Origin: a virus
Reading direction: 5' to 3' (one strand)
Virus record (IMG/VR): IMGVR_UViG_3300019487_000031
Span: 1 to 64,000 of that record
Length of the DNA: 64,000 nt
The translations under genes were made by a program, and so were the position numbers. The notes under the pieces were generated by a model. The model ran no database searches. It saw only the letters and a list, made by a program, of their open reading frames with translations, and was not told the origin of the DNA. Below are positions 40,126 to 48,970 of this stretch, one piece after another; positions within the stretch are counted from its first letter, which is position 1; each line of letters begins with the position of its first letter.

Positions 40126-40359
40126 ATGGACATTCCAGCCCAAAGCATTGATAGTTTAAATGCTCGCTGCCAACGTTCTGGAAAACCCCATGCCGCTCAC
40201 GTATCTCCTAATACCCAAGTAGTTAATACTTTCGTTTTTTCTACTGATACTCCTTTTTTGACAGTAGTTAAAGTGGAAAATGGATTTATTGTGGAAGTAA
40301 ATGGAAAAACTTATGTTTGTAAAACCGCTGAAGAAGTGGTACAATATTTAAAGGAATAG
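40126..40359 (+). CDS. Hypothetical protein whose first 24 codons are an inverted duplicate of the N-terminus of minus-strand ORF 58945..59178
   Basis: MDIPAQSIDSLNARCQRSGKPHAA versus MDIPAQSIDSLNARCQRPGKPHAA, about 92% nucleotide identity over 72 nt. Confidence 0.4.
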   Translation: MDIPAQSIDSLNARCQRSGKPHAAHVSPNTQVVNTFVFSTDTPFLTVVKVENGFIVEVNGKTYVCKTAEEVVQYLKE

Positions 40360-40360
40360 T

Positions 40361-40492
40361 ATGAATACGGTTCTAATTATTTTATCGGTTCTAGGAAGTA
40401 TTTCTTTAGGAATTACCCTTTTTGTTGTATTCGGTGCTTTACTAACTGCTTTATATTATACCGTGGCTATTAAAGTTATGAGTTGGTTTTGA
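40361..40492 (+). CDS. Small hydrophobic peptide (43 aa), paralog of 41084..41200
   Basis: MNTVLIILSVLGSISLGITLFVVFGALLTALYYTVAIKVMSWF. It shares the C-terminal YT(V/L)AIKVM with the second copy. Confidence 0.3.
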   Translation: MNTVLIILSVLGSISLGITLFVVFGALLTALYYTVAIKVMSWF

Positions 40493-40556
40493 AAGAAAGA
40501 TGTAGTGAAAGTCGCTAAACAACTTCTAACTTCTGAAATTAGGAGAAAATAGTATA

Positions 40557-41075
40557 ATGTTCGGCCTATTTAAAAAATATCCAGATACCCATATAACAAA
40601 ATTAAACAAATGGATGGATAAATATGTAAAAAAGGAATTGAAAGATATTAATAAAAACTGCAAAGTTCTTCCAAAACGATTAGGAAATTGTTTTAATGTT
40701 TTTGAAATTGATAGTAGTAAATTAAAATGGCAAGTTGTTTCTCCAGAAGAAGATGCTTTTAATTTAGATGCTTGTGAAAATGGAATTATTGAGTTAAAAT
40801 CAATAAGAAGTTTACCTTGTGTTAAAAGGGTTTTATTAAGCTATAAATTAATGACGAATTTACATAGTTATAATGAATTTAAAGACGTTATGGATGCAGT
40901 AGTTCATGATCTATTATTAGAACTTAAAAAAGCAAAAGGGTTTGGACCGAAAACTAAATCAATTGGAACTTGTTATTTAAACGTTAGATTAATGAAAAAT
41001 CCCGCAGCTTATGAATTAAGAGCTTATAGTGATTGTGTGGCTGTCAACCCTATTATAGTAAAGAAAGGAAAATAA
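40557..41075 (+). CDS. Hypothetical protein flanked by the two paralogous small hydrophobic ORFs
   Basis: ORF from the track. No motif recognised. Confidence 0.4.
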   Translation: MFGLFKKYPDTHITKLNKWMDKYVKKELKDINKNCKVLPKRLGNCFNVFEIDSSKLKWQVVSPEEDAFNLDACENGIIELKSIRSLPCVKRVLLSYKLMTNLHSYNEFKDVMDAVVHDLLLELKKAKGFGPKTKSIGTCYLNVRLMKNPAAYELRAYSDCVAVNPIIVKKGK

Positions 41076-41083
41076 GAAGTAAT

Positions 41084-41200
41084 ATGAATAACGTTCAAGC
41101 TATTTTATCTATTCTACAAAGTCTTTTTATTATATTCACTAAGTCGATAACTACTTTATTTTATACTTTGGCTATTAAAGTTATGAATAGGAGAAAATAA
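41084..41200 (+). CDS. Small hydrophobic peptide (38 aa), paralog of 40361..40492
   Basis: MNNVQAILSILQSLFIIFTKSITTLFYTLAIKVMNRRK. Shared nucleotide block GGCTATTAAAGTTATGA. Confidence 0.3.
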   Translation: MNNVQAILSILQSLFIIFTKSITTLFYTLAIKVMNRRK

Positions 41201-41889
41201 TGGAATATCTTTTAGGTTTATTAGGACTTTTGGTTGGCGGGGTTATTTATCAATATATTCGAGGAAAGGGTTTAGAAGCTCTTTTAAAGAATTCTGATAC
41301 TAAAGCTGAAGTTCAAAAAGAAGAAGGAAAAAAGCTTCAAAACGATTCTCTTTTAAAGGCCGAGGAATTGGCTCGCGAACTTTTAAAACAATCTGCGGAA
41401 GATAAAAAGAAGAATGACGTAAAGCCCGGAGATTTTAACTAATGTTTTTTGTATTAAAGAGTACATATAAAAAGGCTTTAAAACAACTTAAAGCTTCACA
41501 TGAACAAACTATTATAGAAATGCAGAATACTAATAATCTTGTAAAAGAACAGTTATATAGAAAAGTTGAACAATTAGAAGGCCGAATTGTCGCTTTACAA
41601 GAAAAAAATCAAAATGTATTTTACCAAGAAAATGAAGCTTTAGAAGAGCAATTAGAAAAAAACATCATTGATAGTAAAGAATATTATTATAGTAAACGTT
41701 TATTGGATTTAATAGAAGAGAAGTTAGGATAATGGAAAAAACTGTTAAATGTCCAATTTGTTTAGAACCTTATAAGTTTTATTCGTTTATGGTGGGCGAT
41801 CAATCAGCTTGTCCTGATTGTGTTAATAAAGCTAGCCAAGAACAAGTTAATCAAAATTATGTTTTAGATTATGCTAAACTTTATAGGAT

Positions 41890-42306
41890 TTGGATGAAGA
41901 AGCCGGGAAAATGAAAAATATAGTCCATTATATAGTTTTTATATCATTCTTTATATCGCAAATCGCAATTGGCGATACAGATCCACATTTTGAAGTCAAA
42001 GGATATACTTTAATCCAGGATTCCTGGGTTTTCAGCCAGGATAAAGCTAAATCTGTGCGGGATCGTCTAATTGATTTAGATGTTTCTTTAAAAACTAATG
42101 AATCACTACAAAAATCTATTGACTTATATAAATTAAATGAGACAATACAACAAAAGCAATTAGATATTGTATTACAACAGAATGATAAATTAGCTTCGGC
42201 TTTGCAATCAGAACGAACTTTAAATAATTGGGAACGATTTGGTTGTTTTTTATTGGGTATTGCGGCCACGGTTGGTGCAGGCTGGGCTATTTCGAGAGTA
42301 AAATGA
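41890..42306 (+). CDS. Membrane protein with an N-terminal hydrophobic segment, a central coiled coil and a C-terminal TM (spanin-like topology)
   Basis: IVHYIVFISFFISQIAIG ... coiled-coil-like middle ... FGCFLLGIAATVGAGWAI. Confidence 0.3.
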   Translation: MDEEAGKMKNIVHYIVFISFFISQIAIGDTDPHFEVKGYTLIQDSWVFSQDKAKSVRDRLIDLDVSLKTNESLQKSIDLYKLNETIQQKQLDIVLQQNDKLASALQSERTLNNWERFGCFLLGIAATVGAGWAISRVK

Positions 42307-42370
42307 GTTGGGACGAAATTGAACATGTTTATTGTGAAAATTGCGGCGATTGCATAGCTTGTGATCCTGA

Positions 42371-42616
42371 TTGTTATTGTCGTTTCAAAGAACGAGAAGA
42401 AGCCGAAGAAATAAAAGAATGAAATACCTTAAGATATTATTGTATTGTGTTACTGGAATGTGGTTTACGTCGGCTCTATTGAATTGCTTAGCTTTTAGGG
42501 TTATTAACCAAACTACTTTATATGATAATCCTTTATCTGGTTTAATCTTTTTTGCTCCGTGGTATATTGGACATGTTTTAGGAGCCTGGGCTTATTTGTT
42601 TTTTAATAAGAGTTAG
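42371..42616 (+). CDS. Small two-TM membrane protein (holin-like)
   Basis: Two hydrophobic helices (ILLYCVTGMWFTSALL and GLIFFAPWYIGHVLGAWAYLFF). Confidence 0.3.
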   Translation: MLLSFQRTRRSRRNKRMKYLKILLYCVTGMWFTSALLNCLAFRVINQTTLYDNPLSGLIFFAPWYIGHVLGAWAYLFFNKS

Positions 42617-42833
42617 CGGCGGCGTTGAAGGACACGCAGGAAAACAATAGATACTAGCCCTTCAGGAAGGTTAACGTGTATCCGTTCCGAATACTAGAGG
42701 TCCTGTGAATAGAATTAGCCGGAATCAAGCCCGGTCTGCTAATATTTTTAAGTCTCATGGTGTGGCCCGCATCAAACAACGGCCTGGGTGATTGCTAGCG
42801 ACTACTAGGCAGGGTATTTCTTTAATGGTCAAA

Positions 42834-42880
42834 GGGACTAGGTTATAAACTAATATTTTGCCTAGTCCCCTATTTTTTAT
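42834..42880 (+). terminator. Rho-independent terminator-like hairpin (9-bp stem GGGACTAGG/CCTAGTCCC, 18-nt loop) followed by a T-run
   Basis: Read directly. It follows a 220-nt GC-rich non-coding block and overlaps the first ATG of ORF 42858 (the real start is probably ATG 42879). Confidence 0.45.
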
Positions 42881-43481
42881 GTCAAAGCTTCCAAATAACC
42901 TTTCTGAAGAAGAGCTTTTAAAGATTCTTGAACAAGCTCCAGAAAAAGAAGAATATAAAGATAATATAGCTTTATTCGTTTCCACCTTTGGCCTATCAGA
43001 AGGCTCCCTTAAAATACCTCTAAAACTGCTTTATTCGCTTTATGAGCTATGGGCTAAGCGTCCCCTATCCCTTCCCTCGTTTAATCATAAACTATCGCTT
43101 CTAATGCCAAATAAAGCGATTTTTAATGGAAATGTGCATTTTTTGCTTAATAAAGACACTTTAAAGATTAATGAAGAGGTTTATAACTTAATAAGAGATA
43201 AGCGTAATAAAATGGCCAAAAGTAGCCATCATCAAAAACAATTTGACAATTTTATAGAATCATGTAAAATAGAAGATGGTAAAGATTGGATTTTGTGTAA
43301 ATCCCTTCATAAGATATACCTTTCTTGGACTAAATCAAAAAAGCCATTAGGATATATTAAATTTACTAAATTTTGTACTTTGTATTTTACCACTCGAAAT
43401 AAACCCTTGGAGGTTGCAATAAATAAGAAAACTTTGAATGAAGAAAAAGAAAACACCGAAGAAAGTCCAAAAGAAGAATAA
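42879..43481 (+). CDS. Hypothetical protein
   Basis: ORF from the track, with the start moved to MSKLPNN after the hairpin. Confidence 0.4.
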   Translation: MSKLPNNLSEEELLKILEQAPEKEEYKDNIALFVSTFGLSEGSLKIPLKLLYSLYELWAKRPLSLPSFNHKLSLLMPNKAIFNGNVHFLLNKDTLKINEEVYNLIRDKRNKMAKSSHHQKQFDNFIESCKIEDGKDWILCKSLHKIYLSWTKSKKPLGYIKFTKFCTLYFTTRNKPLEVAINKKTLNEEKENTEESPKEE

Positions 43482-43887
43482 CTTACGTGCCCGAACAAAA
43501 AATCCAGGACTTAAACCCCATCTAAATCTTAGAAGTCGTCAAGATTTATTGGAAATTGATTACTTAGATAAGTTGAACGATAAAGAAAAAGATTGGCTTA
43601 ATCGTTTTAATGAAGAATATGTTGGAGCTAACTTTAAACATGAAGGAAAAATTCTCCATAAGACTAAGAAGTTAAAAAAAGATTGTTATGATAGGAATAA
43701 TTCTAGAAATCGAGACATTCTAACCAAAATAAAAGCGTCCGGAGAGAAACTAGAAGAATTAACGAATTATACAGAAGCGGATTTAGATCCAATAGATAAA
43801 CTTATATTACTGGAGAAATTTAATAATCTCGATAGCCCCACGAACGGCACCAATAAGAGCCAAAATCCCCCCAAGAAGAAGAATTAA
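43438..43887 (+). CDS. Very basic lysine-rich protein (possible nucleic-acid binding). It is the last plus-strand gene before the convergent minus-strand block
   Basis: MKKKKTPKKVQKKNNLRARTKNPGLK... ending PPKKKN. Confidence 0.4.
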   Translation: MKKKKTPKKVQKKNNLRARTKNPGLKPHLNLRSRQDLLEIDYLDKLNDKEKDWLNRFNEEYVGANFKHEGKILHKTKKLKKDCYDRNNSRNRDILTKIKASGEKLEELTNYTEADLDPIDKLILLEKFNNLDSPTNGTNKSQNPPKKKN

Positions 43888-44073
43888 AGAATTTACAATA
43901 TTAACATGCTTTTGGAGAGGTTTTATATTCTCTTCCAAAAGATTAGTTCTTTTAACGTGTTCTTCTAGAACTACCGATTGTTTAGCCAAGGTAATGTTAA
44001 TTTGATCGACATTGTTATCAAGTCGTTCTAAAGTCTTAAACATTTCATGTACTATTTCTTTATCTAAACTCAT
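43807..44073 (-). CDS. Small protein with a C-terminal TM helix at the 3' end of the minus-strand operon (holin-like candidate)
   Basis: LILLLGGILALIGAVRGAIEIIKFLQ. The start overlaps the upstream gene. Confidence 0.3.
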   Translation of the reverse strand: MSLDKEIVHEMFKTLERLDNNVDQINITLAKQSVVLEEHVKRTNLLEENIKPLQKHVNIVNSLILLLGGILALIGAVRGAIEIIKFLQ

Positions 44074-45854
44074 GGTTGATCCCCGCCAGCCGGAATACCT
44101 AAAAGTTCTCTAGCTTTAGGTTGTTGTAATAAAGCAAATAGAATTGCATTCTTTTTATTTAAATCATTGGTTTGAACGGCCAATTGTAAAGCTTCTCCGA
44201 AAGATTGTAATCCTTGATCGCCACTCTGTATTAATTTTTGAGCCGCGCCATCTAATTCTTGCGAAGATGAACTAAAAAATCCATTCATTCGGCCTTTTAC
44301 AGCACCTTTTACTTGTCCATAAAGATTAGCACCTTTTAAAGCGGCCTTTTCAGTTAAGGAACCTAGTCCCAATGGTCCTTTTAAACCCGTAGGAAGGTCT
44401 GAAAGTCCGATTCCAGCTGCGCCTTTTATAATAGCTGCTTCATCGGCTTTATTTAAAATTTCTCTTTCTAAGGAAGCTGGATCAATTCTAATTCGTTTTA
44501 AAAGTTCTGGATTTTCTTTACCTAATTGTTTTAGGCGATTGATCATTTGCCGAAATCCTTTATATGATTGGATTGAGTTTTGGCCGCCACTTCTTAAATC
44601 TTCTAAAACTTTTTCAACTTCTTTACCAAGGTCTAAAGGTGCATTAGACCTTTTAGATAAGAATCCAGCCACTTCTGGTGCTTGGCCGCGCGCAAGCAGA
44701 GATTCAGGACCAGCCTGTAAAAATTTATGATAATCAGCTAGCTTCCCTTGGAATTCCGGAACAGATTCTTCTAACATTCCTTTAATCTTCTCAAGTCCAG
44801 GTTTTACAATACCTTCGTATTCTTCCATTGGAATTTTAGAATATAAGTCTTTTAATTCATTTCTTAACGTATATGCTTCTTCTGGACTTAATAACCCTTT
44901 TTGTAGATTATTAACTTTATCCAAAATTTGCATGGTTTTATTACGGCCAATAGTTCTTGCATTACTAGCAATAATACTTTGGATATCAGAAAGTGCTGCC
45001 ATTTGTTCGGGACTTTGAGATAGAACAATTCCTTCTTCTCCAGCTTTCTTTAGCGTTTGGGAAATTTCACGTCCTAAAGTTTCCCGAGGTTTTAAAAGCT
45101 TTTCTGAAACTTGTTGAACGTTTGATTTTAATTTATCAACAAGTTTACCTATAGCTGCCGGTTTATCTGAAAGTTTTAATCCTTGTTCGCCAAATTCAAC
45201 CGCTTTAGATAATCGAGATTTTAATGGGCTGGCTGTAGTAATATCCGTAGGAGCTTTAACTTTGGGAGAAAACAACTTTCCAAGACCAGCGCCTAATCCA
45301 GTTCCTAATCCAGTTTCTAAAGCTAATTGTCCAGGACTATCTTCTATAGTCGCTTGTGAACTTCCTGCCGCAGATAGCCCGCCACCAACGGCACCAGTTA
45401 ATACCGGAGCAGCTTTAGCTAACCCGCCAGAAGCTAATCCAGGAATTAATCCGCCAAAAAATTCCGCGCCTCTATACGCATAAGGACTAGATTGTTTAGC
45501 TTGGTCATATTCCGCTTGCGCTTCCTGTTGGCCTTGTCTATATTCTTGACCAAAAGAAGGTTCTGGCGCCATTTGTAGGCCCTGTAGATTTTGAGTTTGC
45601 TCTTCGGTTGGTTGTTGAACGCCAGCAAGAAATCTAGCAAAATCAGTATCAGCTAGTTTTGAACCAAAAGCTTTTCCAAGGCCGCGTAATTCATCAGCAA
45701 ACCCCAAAGTCATTCCTTGGTGTGCTCCCATAGCCACATCGCCTAAAGTTGAACCTTGTTGAGGAACTTCTTCTGTTGCAATATCTTGACCACTCTCAAA
45801 AGTTTGGTCTAAATCTACACCAGATTCAAATAAATTGTCTAAATCTTTAGCCAT
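44070..45854 (-). CDS. Gly/Ala/Gln-rich virion protein (internal or ejection-protein-like)
   Basis: Large ORF of low complexity (GLGTGLGAGLGKLF) in a co-directional structural operon. Confidence 0.45.
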   Translation of the reverse strand: MAKDLDNLFESGVDLDQTFESGQDIATEEVPQQGSTLGDVAMGAHQGMTLGFADELRGLGKAFGSKLADTDFARFLAGVQQPTEEQTQNLQGLQMAPEPSFGQEYRQGQQEAQAEYDQAKQSSPYAYRGAEFFGGLIPGLASGGLAKAAPVLTGAVGGGLSAAGSSQATIEDSPGQLALETGLGTGLGAGLGKLFSPKVKAPTDITTASPLKSRLSKAVEFGEQGLKLSDKPAAIGKLVDKLKSNVQQVSEKLLKPRETLGREISQTLKKAGEEGIVLSQSPEQMAALSDIQSIIASNARTIGRNKTMQILDKVNNLQKGLLSPEEAYTLRNELKDLYSKIPMEEYEGIVKPGLEKIKGMLEESVPEFQGKLADYHKFLQAGPESLLARGQAPEVAGFLSKRSNAPLDLGKEVEKVLEDLRSGGQNSIQSYKGFRQMINRLKQLGKENPELLKRIRIDPASLEREILNKADEAAIIKGAAGIGLSDLPTGLKGPLGLGSLTEKAALKGANLYGQVKGAVKGRMNGFFSSSSQELDGAAQKLIQSGDQGLQSFGEALQLAVQTNDLNKKNAILFALLQQPKARELLGIPAGGDQP

Positions 45855-47512
45855 TATTGTACTTGTTCAAATTTATCCGGATTAGATAATAATTTAGTCG
45901 CATCTTGTTTTGAAAATCCTTTGATTCTTCCGGTTTTTTTATCTTTTATTTTAACTAAACCAGCGCTTTCTTCTTGTATTTCTTTATCTGATGGAAGATT
46001 TTGCATTATCAGTCTTTCCCAGCGCTCTGGATCTTTTTTTGCTAAATGTTCAAATCCTGGAATAAGTTGTTGTTGATAGCTGGCTAGTTGTGTATTCGCT
46101 AATTCTTTTTCTCGCCTTACAGTTTTTAAGGTTTGTTTTAAAAAACTAGCGGCTTCGGCCGGCTGTCTTGTATTAGTTAGGGATTCTAAAATCTCGGCGA
46201 TTTTCATTCTTAGTGTGCGAGGCGTTAGTTCCCTAGCTCCGGTAATAGTGGCCTGACCTTGAGCTAATAACGCATCTAAAGACCTAGAAGCTTCGGCGAC
46301 TTCTCGAATATCCGCATAATTTAAATTTCTGCCTTCAAATAGCTTTTCAATTCTTTCCGCTGCCGCTTTATTTAATGCGGCTTTGCCCATGGCGCTACGA
46401 GAAGAGGCTTTCGCGGAAGAAAATTTTTCAGCGGCTTTCATAAAATCGTTATTAGTTTTATCATCAATTTTAACTTGTGCCGCTTCTTTTTTCGCATCAG
46501 CTTGTTGTCCTTTAAGAACCCCTAACATATCATGCCATCTTCCAGATTCGGCCAACTTTGCCTTAGATTCTTCTGATTTAGCAGATAGTTGTTCCTTTTT
46601 AAATCCTAATTCTTTTTCGCCCATTTCACGTTTTAAATCTTGTGCTAATTGTGCTTCATAATGTCTAAAAGCCGCAGGCATTAATTTTTCAGCTTGCATT
46701 GCGGTTAAATCGCCTTTAATTTCTAATCCTAAAGTTTTTAAATAGTTTTTAAATCCTTGAGAAACGCCGCTTTTCGGATCATTTTTCTCCATTTCAAGTT
46801 TAGCATTAAAATCATCAATAGGAGTTCCAGCTTGTCTTTCAATTGATTGAAAAATCGGATTTTGAACGGGCTTAGCGCCAGAAATACCAGCACCTAATAA
46901 ATCTAATGATTGACCAACTCCGGCAATTAAATTAGAACGATCTCTTTTATTTAAAGCATCTTGTAAACCAGCTTGTGTATTTAAAGGTTGATCTCCAAAA
47001 TCAACCGTCATTTGTTCACTAGCTTGCTGAGGACTTATAGGAATTTCAGCTAAAGGTTTTTCTTGTTGAGCGGGTTGTTTAGAAGCTAACATTCTTAAAG
47101 GTGCTGGTTTTTTTATATCGCTTCCGGCAGTTTGCCCGGACATAGAACCAAGGGCTCCTCCACCGCCAAGAGCATCGCCAACAAAAGATTCATCACCATT
47201 CATTGGAACATTTCCAACTTTTGGTTGGCCAGGATTTAATTGCCATTCTTCTAGATTAGGGTAGGCATCATCTGCTGGAGAACGATTTGCTATTTCCTGC
47301 ATAATATTAATTTTCTTTTTAGGAAATAAAACATCTTGAACAGTATCAGCGGGTAAATTAGAATCGGGCATGGCTTCATATTGACCACTTCCAACAGATT
47401 CTAATTGTCCAGTTTGTGGATTATACCGATCTTGCATTAATTCATTATAAGACGAAGTATCCCCTTGACGCCTTAAAAGATCTAAATCTTCTTTTGTAAA
47501 TATTCTTGCCAT
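45854..47512 (-). CDS. Virion structural protein (Q/A-rich, coiled-coil)
   Basis: ORF in a translationally coupled series (stop/start overlap). Low-complexity composition. Confidence 0.45.
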   Translation of the reverse strand: MARIFTKEDLDLLRRQGDTSSYNELMQDRYNPQTGQLESVGSGQYEAMPDSNLPADTVQDVLFPKKKINIMQEIANRSPADDAYPNLEEWQLNPGQPKVGNVPMNGDESFVGDALGGGGALGSMSGQTAGSDIKKPAPLRMLASKQPAQQEKPLAEIPISPQQASEQMTVDFGDQPLNTQAGLQDALNKRDRSNLIAGVGQSLDLLGAGISGAKPVQNPIFQSIERQAGTPIDDFNAKLEMEKNDPKSGVSQGFKNYLKTLGLEIKGDLTAMQAEKLMPAAFRHYEAQLAQDLKREMGEKELGFKKEQLSAKSEESKAKLAESGRWHDMLGVLKGQQADAKKEAAQVKIDDKTNNDFMKAAEKFSSAKASSRSAMGKAALNKAAAERIEKLFEGRNLNYADIREVAEASRSLDALLAQGQATITGARELTPRTLRMKIAEILESLTNTRQPAEAASFLKQTLKTVRREKELANTQLASYQQQLIPGFEHLAKKDPERWERLIMQNLPSDKEIQEESAGLVKIKDKKTGRIKGFSKQDATKLLSNPDKFEQVQ

Positions 47513-47513
47513 A

Positions 47514-48599
47514 TTAATATAATATCGGTTTCGTTTTATACATTCCAGGAACTTGATCTTCTTCTTTTTCGGCTAAAATCTGATTAATTATACTCGGTTG
47601 AGCGGGCTTAGCGACTAATTTATCAGCTAAGGCTTGTTTCTGCATATAATCACCAAATTGAGAACTTAATCCACCAAGACCACTTGCAGCATTTGCCCAA
47701 TTTTGTTTTGTTGCATCGGCTTGTTGTTGCGCCGCTTGAGCTTGACCAGTTAATGCATTAGCTTTTGCTTGAGCTTGTGACATTCTATCTAACCAGTTTT
47801 GTCTTTTAGCTAGAGCTTGTCTATCTCTTTCAGCATTTAACATTCTTGTATTCTCATCTTGAATTCTTTGTTGTTCCGTAAGATTAAACAATTGTCCTTG
47901 ATTTTGTGAAGCAACATTTCTTTGTTGACGCGTAACTTGGTTTGAAGTATTAAAACGATTTAATTCATCTTCAGCCGCCGCTCTAGTTCTATTAACATCA
48001 AAATCTTGACCTCTAATCTGTCCACCTAAATTACCAGCAGACGTAAGAGCTTGTAAAGCGTTTTGTGACGCCATAGCAGCTAATCTATCTCCGGATTCAG
48101 ATAAAGCTTGGTCGCTAGATTGTGCCGATTGTAATTGAGCCGCTAACTCCGCACCACTTCCAGACATTCCACGCTCAGCCATTTGCTGCATAATTCTTTG
48201 TCGGCGTCCAGTATCTTCTTTAGCTACTTGATTTCGAATTTGATTATAAGCCGCTCTATCTTCAGGACTTAAACCGGTTGAACCTCTTTGTTGAAGAAGT
48301 TGAAGAGCTTGCGTTTGCGCTCCTCTTAAACCTGGATCTTCTTTAATTTGTGATAGTTTTGAAACATCTTGCGTGATAGCATCTTCAAGTTTTGGATTAT
48401 AAATACCAACTTGTTTTAGTTTTTCACGTATAATTTCAGCAGAAAGATCTGGAGGTGCTCCAACGGCATTAATTTCTTGCCATGCTTGTGCCATAGCCGC
48501 TCTAGCTCGATCTTGGTCATTACCAGAAGCCATCGAACCAATAATATTACCACCAATTTGAGTAACTGCTCCAGCTATCATAGGAAGGAAAAATCCCAT
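47514..48599 (-). CDS. Gln/Ala-rich virion protein
   Basis: Q-rich repeats and coiled-coil character. Confidence 0.45.
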   Translation of the reverse strand: MGFFLPMIAGAVTQIGGNIIGSMASGNDQDRARAAMAQAWQEINAVGAPPDLSAEIIREKLKQVGIYNPKLEDAITQDVSKLSQIKEDPGLRGAQTQALQLLQQRGSTGLSPEDRAAYNQIRNQVAKEDTGRRQRIMQQMAERGMSGSGAELAAQLQSAQSSDQALSESGDRLAAMASQNALQALTSAGNLGGQIRGQDFDVNRTRAAAEDELNRFNTSNQVTRQQRNVASQNQGQLFNLTEQQRIQDENTRMLNAERDRQALAKRQNWLDRMSQAQAKANALTGQAQAAQQQADATKQNWANAASGLGGLSSQFGDYMQKQALADKLVAKPAQPSIINQILAEKEEDQVPGMYKTKPILY

Positions 48600-48970
48600 T
48601 ATAAACTCCTAACAAAATTACTCATACAAGTATTTGTTTCCATAAATCCTAATTTCTTAACTTTATCTTTTAAGTTAGGATGTTCTACGCTCGCTAAAGC
48701 GTATTTAAATTCTTTTGTTTTTGCTAAAACAACCAAGCCTTCGATTAATTCATCCAATCCTTTGGATCTTTCTTCTTTCGTTGCTTTAGGATTACCCACA
48801 ACAAACTCCAACCAACAAAGCGCACTATCAGTAGAATACAAAAAACCGGCACATAAATTTTCGATAATGAGCCCATTCTTCGGTAAACAATCTAGAGGAA
48901 CAATAGGATAGTCATATTCTTTCCACCATTCACAAATAATTTCATAATCTTTTGGTTCAAAAAATCTCAT
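48599..48970 (-). CDS. Hypothetical protein
   Basis: ORF within the operon. No motif recognised. Confidence 0.35.
   Translation of the reverse strand: MRFFEPKDYEIICEWWKEYDYPIVPLDCLPKNGLIIENLCAGFLYSTDSALCWLEFVVGNPKATKEERSKGLDELIEGLVVLAKTKEFKYALASVEHPNLKDKVKKLGFMETNTCMSNFVRSL

Noticed and set aside
43899-43935. Inverted repeat CTTTTGGAGAGG...CTCTTCCAAAAG at the convergence point of the plus and minus blocks, as a bidirectional terminator
   Set aside because: It has a plausible position, but it lies inside the minus-strand ORF 43807..44073, has a mismatch and lacks a clean T-run. Too weak to call as a feature.
44539-44730. Plus-strand ORFs inside the minus-strand structural genes (44539..44730, 45262..45483, 46383..46661, 48477..48911, 53496..53696, 56163..56387, 57170..57487, 60998..61219, 63435..63740)
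   Set aside because: They are antisense to long, coherent minus-strand genes. They are low-complexity translations of the opposite strand of Gly/Ala-rich coding sequence.
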